A stretch of 62,240 nt of DNA, filler included, from Platydemus manokwari (taxonomy: Eukaryota), in assembly GCA_037951405.1 (NCBI GenBank). It is 5 parts of 5 records of this genome, joined end to end, with 100 filler letters (N's around TTAATTAATTAA, not from the genome) between each part and the next. Parts side by side here need not be neighbours in the genome. Positions count along the whole stretch, not along the records: positions 1 to 15,309 come from JBBMOY011304761.1; 4 more parts are not named here. One strand, 5' to 3'. A model generated the notes under the pieces. That model was not told the DNA's origin and made no database searches. It saw nothing but the letters and a program-made list of their open reading frames with translations. The position numbers were made by a program, and so were the translations under genes. How positions within the stretch are numbered: the stretch's first letter is position 1; every line of letters starts with the position of its first letter. Of the stretch, positions 1 to 13,200 are shown piece by piece.

Positions 1-501
1 TCGTTTTTGCACACTACTTTATTTTATTATTAATATTATCATTATTAATATTATTATTAATTCGTTCTGTCGACACTATTCTCTACCTCTTTATATCTCG
101 TCCGTGTACACAATCTTATAAAATTACACAATAAAAATTATTTAATAAAATAATAAAAAATGATTCACAAAAGTAAAAATTACACTACCAATCTTTTATT
201 GTTGATATCAAAACTATTAAAAGCTATTCAATAATATCAAGAATCAGTTGATTGCTAATGTTGGATTGTTCTCCTCAAGCGTTCTTCTTCTGATCAGTTT
301 ATAATCAGGTTTCCTATAATGTATGTATGTTATGGTTGGGTTATAGAGTGCTTAAAATGTATATGTACAGTAATTAAGTTATGTGTTATATATGCTATGG
401 TTATGTACAATATTCGGGTTATATCATATGTATTGTATTATGTTACATGTTGTGTTGTAGGAGGTGCATCCAACACTGTTTTGTCAATATTAGACATCCA
501 T

Positions 502-640
502 AAAAATGAGATATCAACTGAATTATTCGAATAAATTAAACATCACAATTATATATAAAATCAAGTTATAAAATTATCGCCAGCGCTAAAATTCATTATT
601 ACCCAAGTAGGACAATGAACCCCTTTTCTTAACTTAAGCC
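502..640. mobile_element. Partial copy (one end) of a TIR DNA-transposon/MITE family
   Basis: Closely matches 44140-44278 (AAAATGAGATAT.AACTGAATTAT.CGAATAAAT...CTTAACTTAAGCC). Confidence 0.7.
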
Positions 641-1109
641 AAGTCCATCATCAGAGATGATTTTCAAATATTAATTTTGTATTAAATATGAATGACTAAA
701 CAAACCAATAAAAATGAAATAAAAATTGAAATAGATTTCATTTTTTTAAAATTTTGATTAAATAACGAGACTTTGAGTTACAATTCTAAATCTAATAGAT
801 AACTTGAAAAATAATGATTTCCTGAAGTAGTTGAAATACTTTGCGTTGAAAATTGCTGCCGATTCTTTTAAGTGTTATCTTCAAAAAGGGCGGGTTGAAA
901 AAATTATCAATAATATTACTTGTTGTAAGATAATATCCTGGATATTTTTAAGGAAGTTGAGAAATTTTATCTTAGATGTACATGTGTTGGGTAATTGAAA
1001 ATAATTAATCAAATTCTGACTCCAAATTCGAAGGCAATTAATATATTTTCATGTGTATTAATAAATATATTTATAACACAAATTATACTGTACAAAATCT
1101 CAACCAAAT

Positions 1110-1430
1110 TTAGCTTTCAACGGGCAGTTGTCCATCTTTATATATAGATTTTCATATTCGCGATTTGTGTGTATTTTTGTGTCATGTAATATTTTGATTC
1201 AATACTTGTTTTTTTCTATGTTTCTGTTGGGTTTTTAAATTTTTACATGAATGGGATTGGTCAATCATTATGTGTGTTGTTGTGTAGCTATGCCCCTTTT
1301 TCCAATTGTAGTTCACCATCTAACTTTACTATGATTGGCTGATTGCCGTAATTGTATGGTTGTGTAGACATTTAAATTGCCAAAACACGAGCTCCAAGGT
1401 GCAGAATTTGATCTCACTCAACACATGATT
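1110..1430 (+). repeat. Dispersed repeat family A copy
   Basis: Shares blocks GGCAGTTG.CCATCTTTA and GGATTGGTCAATC.T.ATGTGTGT with 9880-10205, 17170-17375, 17600-17944 and 21929-22296. Confidence 0.75.
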
Positions 1431-4400
1431 TTACAAATATCTGGTGGAAAAGATATTGTTTAAATACACTATGAAGATCAAACGAGATTTCATTGATCAC
1501 TTTTTAAAATTTTAGACAAACAATAAATAGAATGTTTTAACATCACATTTTATCAAAGATGTCATTAAAAATCTTAAAATATTTATTCTATATAAAACTG
1601 ATATTATCAAATTATCGAAAAATTTTTTTTATGTGATGAATTAATTAAATCTATAATTCGATGTTTTGGGAACTATCAACAATCTACTATCAAAATGGTG
1701 GTATTGGATATATTTTTAATAAAATCATTCTGATTGATGTAGATTTTACAAATAAATGGAAAAAATCTTAATCTTTTGTATTGAAATTGTAGTCATGTAT
1801 CTAAAATATAAAAGAAAGAAGCTGATATATATATAACTATATGTACCCCAAGTAATATAAATAAAAACAAAATAATAAGTGATCTTGTTTAAATTTGTTG
1901 ATTAAATTATAAATTATATTTTCTATCCTAAATCCAATTAAATTATTTTCCGTAATTCCGTGTTGAATAAATGACTTATTTGCTTGTTGCCCCATCAATT
2001 GAATGGGGAAATGGTAAATAGAATTGTCAATTTAAATGACAAGCTAGAAATATTATTTTGTAACGTCCAGAACTCTAGAAATTGATTTCATATTCAAATG
2101 ATTTTTCATTCACTTCATTGTATATTGGAGAATCATTTATTAATGTACCGGTTTTAATAGTTCGAAATTTCTTAACTTTTATAATAATTAAAAATTTTCG
2201 AAAACCGATAATAGAAAATAAACAATTTATATATCCATAATAGTTATGTCTGTATGTGTTTAAATCATTCAATTTTGGATCGGTAATTTCATTGGTATAA
2301 TTTAAAGTTAATTTTTTAAAAAACAAAACCATATAAATCTGATAATTGTTTCCAGTTAAAGCTCATTATTTCTGTTCTTAATCTAGTCAACAAATGAAAT
2401 AATAGATCCGATAATTAATGCAGTGTTTAATTTTAATAGAATAGAAACATTGCAAAATAGGAAATCTTAAAGCATATTTTAATTCAACATTGGATTACGT
2501 TTTCCAAACTGAGTTGGTTATTATTATTCAAATTCATTGTCAATAGATATTTTCATTGTTTCATTTTCGAGACAACAATTTGAGACTGTAAGCTAGTCTT
2601 AATTCTTGTCAATAGGAAACAATTAAATTTTTAGAGCCAAATAGAAAATTATTTGTTCTTCAATACATTTCAGTATATTCAGAGCTTTTATCAACTTAAT
2701 TTATGTATATATATTATTTAGTATTTACAATTTATTTTTAAATGATAACATTTGCCTATCTTAATGAATAATCAATCGATACTATCGAATATTTTTTCAG
2801 TATTATAACCCCAACATGACTTTTATCATAACTCGTTCGAAATGAATTTCTATTAATTGTTATTAAGAATATGCAATTAACTATAACTTTTTAAACGAAT
2901 TATTCCATTAAAAGTTTAAATAATCCAATGATAATGCTTATGGCTATCTACTTGTTATACCTATCCTCCCGTTACTATGACTCAATCTGATTAAACAAAA
3001 CAGCTTTTCAGTTCATTCTTTTTTCTTATATAGACTAGGAAAATATTTAATTTCAAACGCAGCGTAATTATGTAAAACATGAAGTAATTAAACCAAAATT
3101 AAGTTTAGTCTGTGATTTTTAAAAACATGTCTGGGTTTGAATACAAACAAATTTCAAAGCTTTCGGTGAAAAATCTTCGGAGGTTTTCGATTTTCAAATG
3201 GGATTTCTTACACTGATTTTGGATGATATTTAAAACTAGTTGTGTTTGATTCTTTTGATGAACTTTTTTAAATATTTATTGTAAAAGTGGTTTATAAAAG
3301 TATTTACAAAACTTTATATTGTCAAATTAGTAACTTTATTTTGTGACGTATAAAACTTGTTATAAAGCACAGAATAATTAGGACATTTTGATAAATATGT
3401 TTGGATAAGTATAAATGACATTTACAGATCTTGCACTTTATATTTATTATTTTTTATATAATGCTTTTTAATGATAGATTGTTGACTGTCGGTTTCAAAA
3501 CAAACAAATCGAATTTCGGTGTGCTCTTTGATATATATTATATACTCTCAAAATAGAAATTAATTTTGTTTTACATTTTGAATTTTCAAAGTGATTTGTT
3601 TAACTTTCGAGTGATTGAAAACTATATTTTATTCAGTGTTGATATGATATTTTACATGATTTCAGATTTTATATTTCTTTGATTTCGACCTACTCAATAT
3701 TAGATGATTTCATTTTATTCATTACACCTATGAAATGAGGTCTGATTCTTGTGTCCATTATTATTATCTTATATTCTATTCTAACAACGTTTGATTGTGA
3801 TACAATGTTCTTCAATAACTTGTAAGAATAAATCATTCTACTGAGATTTCACTTTATTTTGATTAAATTCAATCTACTATTTTTCTTTTATTACTATAAT
3901 CAAAGCAAAGGAATCGCAAACACAAATTCAAATTTTACATTTTTGACAACCATCAAACTCCATTTAATGCATTATTTGTTTTGTATATTGCAACAACTCG
4001 TCAAACACACCAATTAAGAAATTATTTCTCACTCCCAAAACGACTGATGTTACTGTAATAATAGTAATCACTCGTATCGTTCCAGTTTAGGTTTTTGGTA
4101 AGTCTCTGATTATATGGTTTCCTTTTCTGCTACTATCTCTGGATTTTCTTATCCTAGACGATATCTCGAATTGCTGGTGAATTTTTCTTTAAGGCTTTAA
4201 ACTTATCTGTAAGATAACTTCTTCAATAATGGAATCTTTCGTGAATTATTCCAAAAGTGTTTATTGCAAATTGATTTCATAATAAATTTCGTCTAGACTT
4301 AGCGTTTTAGCCATACTTTGCATAAATTCTTCATAACTATGTCCACTATTACTGATTCTATATCAAGATTTGAATCGAAATACGTCTCAACAAATCTTTG

Positions 4401-5399
4401 TATTAAAATTTCGAAAGTTTTCTAAAAGCTGTATATTGATTTGTTTTAGTTGAAGGAACTCAATGATTATCTTTTAATTTTTGAGTTTAAAGCTTCTAAC
4501 GGCTTTGCTTCTAATAATAACATTACATCAGAGTAAAAAAAATGTATATTAAATAATTATATTTCTCTGTATATATATGGGACCAAATAATTCCATTTCA
4601 AATAAAAGTTATTACACAGCTTTTAATAATTATTAAAACAACCCAAAAAGAAAGTATACAATTCCATGAAAAATCATATTTCGAATTTAGAACATTGAAT
4701 ATATAATCCACTTTGAAACTTTATAATTAATCAGATTCATGCATTAACAAAGTTTTGATAATATTAGATTAAGTTAACATTAATGGACATTATTGTCAAT
4801 TGGAAGCACATTTTCCTGAAATGACATTTATTTTTTCTAAATTATTCATTCAACATTGATAGTATTGTTGAAAATAATTTTATGATCGCTAAAAAATATA
4901 TCGTTAAAATATGAATAACAATGGCTGTCAGTAAAGATTAGGAAAATTGATTACATAATTTGAAAATTTTCCCATTCTTTTTTTGCATTAAATAGTTCGA
5001 AACCCTTTTCATTACTTTGCTAAGTTTTATTTAATAAAACCATTTAATTAAATTCAAACCATTTTCATTCTGTAACGGAAATTCAATTCCAAATGCCAGA
5101 TTTGATTAATGGGATTCTATCTTAATATTAATTTATGAAATGCATAACTGTATCAGTTATTGATATTGTGAATATTTTATGGTAATGAAGAATATAAAAT
5201 ATTCATGATTTATTTTTATTAATTTATTAAGTTTCATGCTTGATTGAATTGTTAATGTTTTATTAATTATGAATAAATCTGTCATTGCATGCTTTAAAGA
5301 GCCAATCTCCATGCAAAAAAAAGAAATTTTGAGTTCTTAACAAATTCATCGTCATTTTATTGTTATTCATTAACAATTTTTTTAACTCTTGCAACGATA

Positions 5400-5880
5400 A
5401 ATATCGTGAGAATTTTAAATTGAATTAATTGTTTAAAGATTGAATTTGTTTAAATAATTGTATTTAAATAGATAATTTGTTCTCGTGTCTTTTCAGTTCG
5501 TTTTATAAAATAATAACAGCTTACGTAGCGGTCACGCATCTGGATCAATAACTCAAAATTATGAAAAAGAAGGAAATAGATGTTGAGACTATATTGAGAA
5601 GATGGAGAGAAAATATTAAAAAGATTGGAGAATGGGAGATTTTTATGTAGATAAATATGTAGAGTATTCGATACAATATCAATGAAGAATAGAAAGGAAA
5701 TAAAAGATTTTAAAGAAAGCGGGGGGTGTGAGGATTTTAAATTGAATTTATTTTTTTAAAGATTTAATTTTATATAAAATTATATTAATTTATTTATATA
5801 ATTTATATTTAAGTACACCATTCATTGCCGTGGCTTTTCAGTTCGTTTTCGACTCGTGTTTTATAAAATAGCAGCAGATT
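5400..5880 (-). repeat. Dispersed repeat family B copy (terminally redundant unit)
   Basis: Reverse complement resembles 34920-35560 and 41635-42155. TTTTCAGTTCGTTTT occurs twice (~5490, ~5836). Confidence 0.7.
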
Positions 5881-6637
5881 AGAAAGATAAAATCATAAAT
5901 CCGTAAATTGTGTAACTTAAAGATTGTGAGGGTGTGTTGACTGCACAATTAACGAATTCGAACATGCAGGATACCAATAAGATCTTCAATACTCTGATAA
6001 AGTCAGATTCTAACCAGACGACATTCTACTCACACGAACTTATCTACTCGTCGATAATACATTTTGATTTCATATCGGAATAACCTACATAAATACCAGC
6101 ACACACTCCAAATGACATAAAAATATTTAATGGACACAAATCTCTCAACCTAGAAACATAAATTTATAAACTTTAAAAAATATTTTTAATTATGCAAAAA
6201 ATTCCAACAATTAAAAAAATCCCATGTTCGATTTGAATTATTTAGTATTAATAATTAAATACATTTTATGTACAAAATATCATTTTAAACAATTAGAAAA
6301 CCAACTTTATTTGACGATAAAGCTAATATTAAAATTCTAGATTTGTCTATCAGAATTTTCGATAATAAATTCAGATTCATAATAAATTTCTAAAATAATC
6401 ATTTGAAGCTCTAATTACAAAAATTGATACAATTGTTTTTTTTTCTGATTTTCATTCAATATATCTCAGAATAGAATAAATTGTTTGTTTAATAGTTGAA
6501 TCCTATTACTAAAACATTCAACAAATTTTCAAATAAAATCACACGGTTCTTTTGAAATTGAAGAATAATATTTTTGTTTTCATTATAAAGTCTTAGATAT
6601 TCAGAAACTAATAAGGCTTGTCAGTTTATAGCTTATT

Positions 6638-7756
6638 TTACAATACCGTTTCTGTTTCATCGTTCAATTTCATTTGTATCTCATCATCCCCGAATTGTTC
6701 ATCAAACTGTTTTTCCATTCTCTTATTTGTCGTTAAACAACGAGACGATGTGATATTGTTTTTGTGACTGGCTTTTGAGATTTGTTGTAAAAGTGCTCCT
6801 CGAAATATTCGATTTGATACAAGATAAATCAATAAGTTCATGCTCGAATCGACATAGATCGAAATGTTGGCCAGAAATGCCAAATGATAATTGACGTCGA
6901 CATTGGAAATGATGTGACTGTTGTGGAATAGTTTCGAAAAGAAAGAGGGCATTTCTAATGTGAAAAATGTAACACATATAGCAACAACGAGTTTGTCAGC
7001 AGCAAACGATTTCTTTTTCTGATTCGGTGTAGTACTGCTTCTTCGAAAGTTTAGGCTTTGACGAATTTTTTGCAACATTAAAACGCTTAAAATATTTACT
7101 GATAGTAAAGGAATTCCAATCTGAATCAAGAATACAAACACATTCAGGTATATTATTCTATATAAATAAATATTGCTTAAGGCTTCTGATATATTGACAA
7201 CGTCTCCAGTTTGTATGCAGTACGTATATGATTGCTCAAACATTCGAGGAAATGCTATCATAATAGCTATACCAACTATTCCAATAAAATAATGATTTAT
7301 ATTCATTGATGTCACATAACGCTTAGTACATAGAGGATAACAAATACATTCAAATCGATGGAAAGCCAATAAGATGATCCATGTATTTCTTGCTATCAGA
7401 AATCCAACCGAAAACAGATAAATGCAACGAAACAATGCATCCATGATTACCGGTGGCACCAATCTTAATGAAATGAGTATTTCGTCTATTTTAAGGAATT
7501 CAACCAAATAAAACAAAAGTAAATTCATTTGAAATACCAGTTCAATGAATGAGAATCTGGCTAAAATTTGATTCATCAATATTGGCATACGCCATAGGTA
7601 TTTGGAAAATATACGCAAAGCAAAGCAATTGGCAAAACTATTTACAAACAACAATACAATGGAAATTAGTTGATATACATCTTGTGAACTTTTGGAAAGG
7701 AATAGACTTGAATTACTATTCCCCGAACAATTATCCACAACTTCAAAGAATTGCAT
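6638..7756 (-). CDS. Intronless class A (rhodopsin-like) GPCR, peptide-receptor-like orphan (FMRFamide-receptor/srw-like, flatworm orphan type)
   Basis: 372-aa ORF with 7 hydrophobic segments and an N-terminal glycosylation site (NCS). TM3 end LAFHRFECICYP is the DRY equivalent, TM6 is VTFFTLEMP, TM7/helix 8 is DSSMNLLIYLVSNRIFR (NPxxY equivalent). Confidence 0.9.
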   Translation of the reverse strand: MQFFEVVDNCSGNSNSSLFLSKSSQDVYQLISIVLLFVNSFANCFALRIFSKYLWRMPILMNQILARFSFIELVFQMNLLLFYLVEFLKIDEILISLRLVPPVIMDALFRCIYLFSVGFLIARNTWIILLAFHRFECICYPLCTKRYVTSMNINHYFIGIVGIAIMIAFPRMFEQSYTYCIQTGDVVNISEALSNIYLYRIIYLNVFVFLIQIGIPLLSVNILSVLMLQKIRQSLNFRRSSTTPNQKKKSFAADKLVVAICVTFFTLEMPSFFSKLFHNSHIISNVDVNYHLAFLANISIYVDSSMNLLIYLVSNRIFRGALLQQISKASHKNNITSSRCLTTNKRMEKQFDEQFGDDEIQMKLNDETETVL

Positions 7757-9879
7757 TTAAAATAATTTATAAAGTATTTTTCCAATAAATCTGTATCATA
7801 GAATATATTAATTTCTGATTGGTTTCACAAATTTGTCCAATCAGATATCACTTTTAAATATATATTTATTTCATAATTATGTATGATATATACATGTATG
7901 TTTCCTAAATAAAATAAATGCTTAGTGCTAAATTTTGAAAATATTATGAAAAAAAATCCGTTGCAAAACTTTTATTAAAAACGTATGAAAGTAATTTATT
8001 GTTTACAATACAAAAGAAGTATTTTGTAAAAAAATAATATGAAGTGTTTTAGAAAGAATTGAGTAGAATAATAATCGTAATCAATATGTGACTAAAATAT
8101 GGTAGGAGTAGCAATTGTCAGGTATAATTTTTATGTGTCTTTCAAGATATTTGGTTCACAGCTTACTTGATGATGAATAAGATGGAATAAATATTGTTAT
8201 ATTTTATCTCATTTTGTTTGGTTTAAAAATCTTTCTTTTATTTAATTTTTTTAATTTTTTAAAATTTTATTTATCGATTTTATTTTTTTTAGTATTTTTC
8301 TTTAACTCTAAGTCAATTTTTATTGAATAATTAGAAGATACGGGTGTCAACGTGAGAAAATTTTATTCTTGGACATTACTCAAATAATGTTCTAAATTAT
8401 TTTCTTGATGATTATAATAAACTGGTATCATTTCTGAGCTTTAATAAGCAGTTTATTTCAAAAAATCAAATTAATAATAAAAACAAAGGAATGATATAGA
8501 AGTAAAGATAACAATAGACTCTCTGGTAGCCAGCAAATTGCCGCCATGTATATTTAATAATGTATGTAAGACAAATTAAACAAGACGTTACGAAAAAGTC
8601 ATTTGGAAAATAAAATAAAATTTCGTAATAATAATTTAAAGAAATAAAATAACATTGAAAAATATGGTGAAAATTAAAATTAATTTGGTTCATTGTCTAC
8701 GAACGTATAGAATGATAGGTCGATTAGAAAAAGGTCATTTAATTGCATTATTGTTCAGCGCTAATTTCAAAGAGCCTAAATAAAACTATTAAGTTCTTAA
8801 GATATACCGCAAATAATTGTCTTTGTTTAATTTGGATAATTTTCCGGTTCAAGAAAAAGAATAAACACAAACTTAAATTGAACGACTATATATTAAATAT
8901 AAAAAGAAATTTGAAAAGAATAAAGAAATTTTCTTATTTGAACTTTAATTTATTTATTTTAATTTCATAAACAATCGACTAACACCGCTTTCGGATATAA
9001 TCAGAGTCGAATGAAAATATTATAAGAAAATCCATCAAGTTAACATGATAGATTGTTTACAATAATTCCAGTTCAGTTGAATTTTATTTTGTTGAGTAAA
9101 TAATACAGAAACGTGTGACTGAAACTTTTATTGACTTTCAAAAGTTCTGATCATAACTAAACATAACTAAAAAACTAATATTTTATTAGATGATCTGTTC
9201 TTTACGATTACAAAAACAATCAATGATTTATCGTGTCTGTCAAAACATGTGTATGTGTAGTCATCCATTCACGTATTTGACCAAATTTAAGTCTTTGCTC
9301 CATGTTATTTCTGATTGGTCCATTATTGGATCTGTATTAGGGTGTAGACATGTGTGTATATAGAATTTCAAAACTGAGGTTTGAAAGTTCTATTTCTAAT
9401 ATTCGACAATTTCTACTGAAAACCCTTCGTCATTTATATCAAAAAAGGTAGGACTAATATTTTCAGTTAGTATTTTGCGACCTGTTATAATTGTTTTTTG
9501 CTTTCAAATCAACACAGCTCTCAGATAAAGATTCTTAAAACCACTAAGTTTAGGTTAATTGAAATTTTTCGTGAGGTCAATAAATTTTTATAAAGTAATA
9601 AAATAAAATTTCAGAATCCTCATCATAAGAAAATAAAGGAAAGAAATTCAATCTCAATAAAAATTCAATGAGTTATAATCTGAAATAAATACGAATTAGA
9701 AGATAAATAAAATAGTTTAAGTTCCGAAAGATGGTATTTTTATCTGATTTTTTTTATCTGAAGTAATATGTTGGATTCTCAACAATTAATTAAGCTTAGG
9801 TTAATATTGTATTCCGATCGTTATCTGTACAGTACATATACACGTAATTACTTTACAAAATATCAACCTAAAACTTAGG

Positions 9880-10205
9880 TTCCAACTGTCAGTTGGCCAT
9901 CTTTACATCGATATCTGTATAATTTTTTGTGTCATGTTAAATCATATTTTAATTAGATCTTAGATTTTCCATGTTCCTATTGCATTTTTAAGTTTTTAAC
10001 TGAGTAGGATTGGTCAATCATTATGTGTGTGTTGTTGAGTGGCTATGTCCCTTTTTCCAATTGTCGTTTACCATCTAATTTTACAATGATTCGCTGGTTG
10101 CTACGCCTGTAAGGCTGTGTATGCACGCAAATGTTTGAAGTACTTAAACAAGGGTTACAAGGTGCAAATCTGTTTGTCCTTTCAGCAGAATTTCATCTCA
10201 CTCAA
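9880..10205 (+). repeat. Dispersed repeat family A copy
   Basis: Collinear with 1110-1430 (CAGTTGGCCATCTTTACAT...GGATTGGTCAATCATTATGTGTGT...CCCTTTTTCCAATTGT...CAAGGTGCA). Confidence 0.75.
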
Positions 10206-13200
10206 AAAATATTATAGTTTAATTATAATTTTTCTCAAATTTCATATCAAATTATTTTTTTTAATTTTAATTATTGGTACTGAACGATTAACAATATGTT
10301 TAGATAAATGAAAAATGAAGATTTTGAGTAAGTAATTATGTATTTCACTATCAAAAGTATTATTTCTATAATTATTTTAAAATTATTTACTAAATTTTAA
10401 ACAAACATGAATGTATAATAATACCTTTAGTAATCTATAAAAGATACAAGTTGGTAGCATTAAATATACAATGGATGTTAACATAAGCCTTGTTTTAATT
10501 GACAAAACGAAGTTGATTTACCTCACTGGTAACCTGAGAACCGCAAAAAATCTTTAAATTATATAAACTTAAAATATTTGACTTTTAAATACTACTTGTA
10601 AAGTCAAAAAGGTTCTTTATAACTTAGCAGTTTATTGTATTGTTACTGGTAATAATGACACTTCTTGTTTTTTAACTTGTAGATCATATCTTTTTTTATC
10701 CTCAAATATAGAATTATACGCAGCTATAGAGTTATGTACAAATGATATAGAATTAGTCAAAAATATATAATGAGCAGATTCTGATTTTCTAGTATAGTTA
10801 CTGGTTTGGGCGGCTATCTTTGACATATCTGGAACTGTGTCATTATTAGTATTATTCAGTGTCAAAATCGCTAATGTTTTATATTATAATTTATCGAATT
10901 TTCTTATATTGGAAAGAGAAATTAAAATTATTTTGAATTTTTTTTACGAGACCTGTTTATTCGATCGTAAATATTTGTCTCAGGGTGTTAAATTTTTCTG
11001 ATTTAATTTGAAAAATCTGATTGTTTCAGTTATTTTCATTATTTATTTCATAGATGTATTTCTTTTGATTATGATTTATAATGTTGAACTCGAATTAAAT
11101 TAATAATTATAATAAATAATCATAATAAATAATCATTTTAATACATTCGGATAAATAATTATGTTTTCACTTTGTCATTTATTTCTACATTATATTCAAA
11201 TTATATGGATTTATACTTTATGACTTCATCATTCCTTTAGGTAACTTTTTATTAATAATTATTATTATTTCATTATTAATATTTATTGATTTTCATAAAA
11301 AAATTTATAAACATATTTTAAACACATAAATAATTTATTATTATAGAAATAAGATACAACCATAATAACAAATTATTGAACAGACAGTTATGAAATAAAT
11401 ATATAAATGATACAAACAACCACATAATGTGCATATTATTATTACAGTTATTTTAGGAATCCCGGTGACCACAGAGGTATTTCTGATTATCTAGAATTTA
11501 TTCATTTGCTTTCGGTTTAGATTTGCTTCGATGATTTGCTTCAGATATTTCAAGCTTGCTTTGTCATTTGAGTATGTCTTTCGACGCTGGGTGGTTCCAG
11601 CTCATCTCAGTTGTCTTTATATATTCTTCGTTGGTCATAATTTTCACCGTTGAGGTACATGACTGTTAATTCCATCATCATTCAGCAAGTAGCACAATGA
11701 TATTCCTCCCATCACAATACCTTCTTTAAATGATACCGAAAGATTCGTCATAAATATATTTTTTATTAATAAAGCGCTCTTTGAAGATATATTATGCAAT
11801 TTTAATAATAAATAAGAAAAGTTAATTTCCATCTAATAAAATTAACGATATTTTTTCAGATAATATGTTCTCGGTTCTGTCCTATTTCATTTTTTGAAAC
11901 AACCAACCTAGCAGAGTTTGAATGGTGCATTTTGTATGAAAGTTAAAATGTTATTGTAATCAAATTGAGCTATGTTTGCATCTATTAAATAAACTAATAA
12001 CTTTAAATTGAATATCATGCGGAACAGAGTGTACCAACATCGCCAAAAACTCAAACATATATATAATATAAAAATATAATAAAATAATTTTAATAATAAC
12101 CATATGATAAATATCAAATTTATTGTTGCTGAAAGAGTTAAAAGACGGAACGGGTTTCTATAAATTAAAAATTTTCTCAAATTAAAATTCACAAACCAAA
12201 TTTAATTAACAATACATGATGAAAATCGATTTTGTCTGTTATAAAAACTCTTAGTATACGGAAAGTTTTAATATTACATGTGTGGAAAGAAATATTTTAT
12301 AATTTTATTTATATAAGCTTATTTTAGTTTATAGCAAGAAGAGAAAGTTTTAAAAATCAATTCAAGATGACCAATTCGAATCAAAGCAAAGCAATTCAAA
12401 ATATTTATAACCATAATATTATGATAATGTATATTGAGAACCATGTTTCATTCTGTGCTTTTGCTTTTTTGTGTATTATATAAATGTCTTTGATATTATA
12501 TAATAGCAGGCTTTAGTAAATCATGAAAATTAAGGCGAAAGCCAATAATAATATGGTAAAAGTAAATATTGTGTGGTACACTTATATAATACGGTATATT
12601 GATAATGTATTATCGACAGTGATATTCTATGAATTAAATTATTATAATTAAAAGTATTATAGAGCAAATATACCAGTTGAATTTAAATATAAATTATCAT
12701 AAAACATTGTTATTAATACCCAAAAATAATTAATAAATAAATAAATACAGCAAGTAAAAATAAATGAATAAAAGTTAAAATAATAATGACGGACAAAGAA
12801 AGTGAAAAAATAAATCGTTTTTATTTAATATATAGCAAATCAAGTAACTGGAATAATAAATAGTGAATGAAACTTATCAGGTTTACTTTAAAAAGGGAAA
12901 ATAAAAAACTAAGACAAATCACATGCATTTAACCATAAAATTAGTTAAAAAGATATCCACATATCATTGGGGAAATGGCAATAGCATCAACAGTATAAAT
13001 ATTTTGAAAGTGCGATTAATTTGGAGAGTTTTATTAACCACCTAAAAAGCATTTTTGAGAATCCTGTTAACAGTGAAAACAATTGAGCCATTAAAACACC
13101 AGTAATAGATTAAAATATATTTTTTTAATAATGACTGAGATAATAATAATTACTGAAAAGCTATTTACATAATTTGGGGGTGTAAATAACTATCTATCAA

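Noticed and set aside
1990-2020. Plus-strand EWGNG, similar to the missing KCC EWGDG exon
   Set aside because: It is on the wrong strand, is followed by a stop, and the flanks do not match KCC. It is just a small palindrome.
4030-4520. Purine-rich minus-strand stretch resembling a decayed gag
   Set aside because: No diagnostic motif and multiple stops in all frames.
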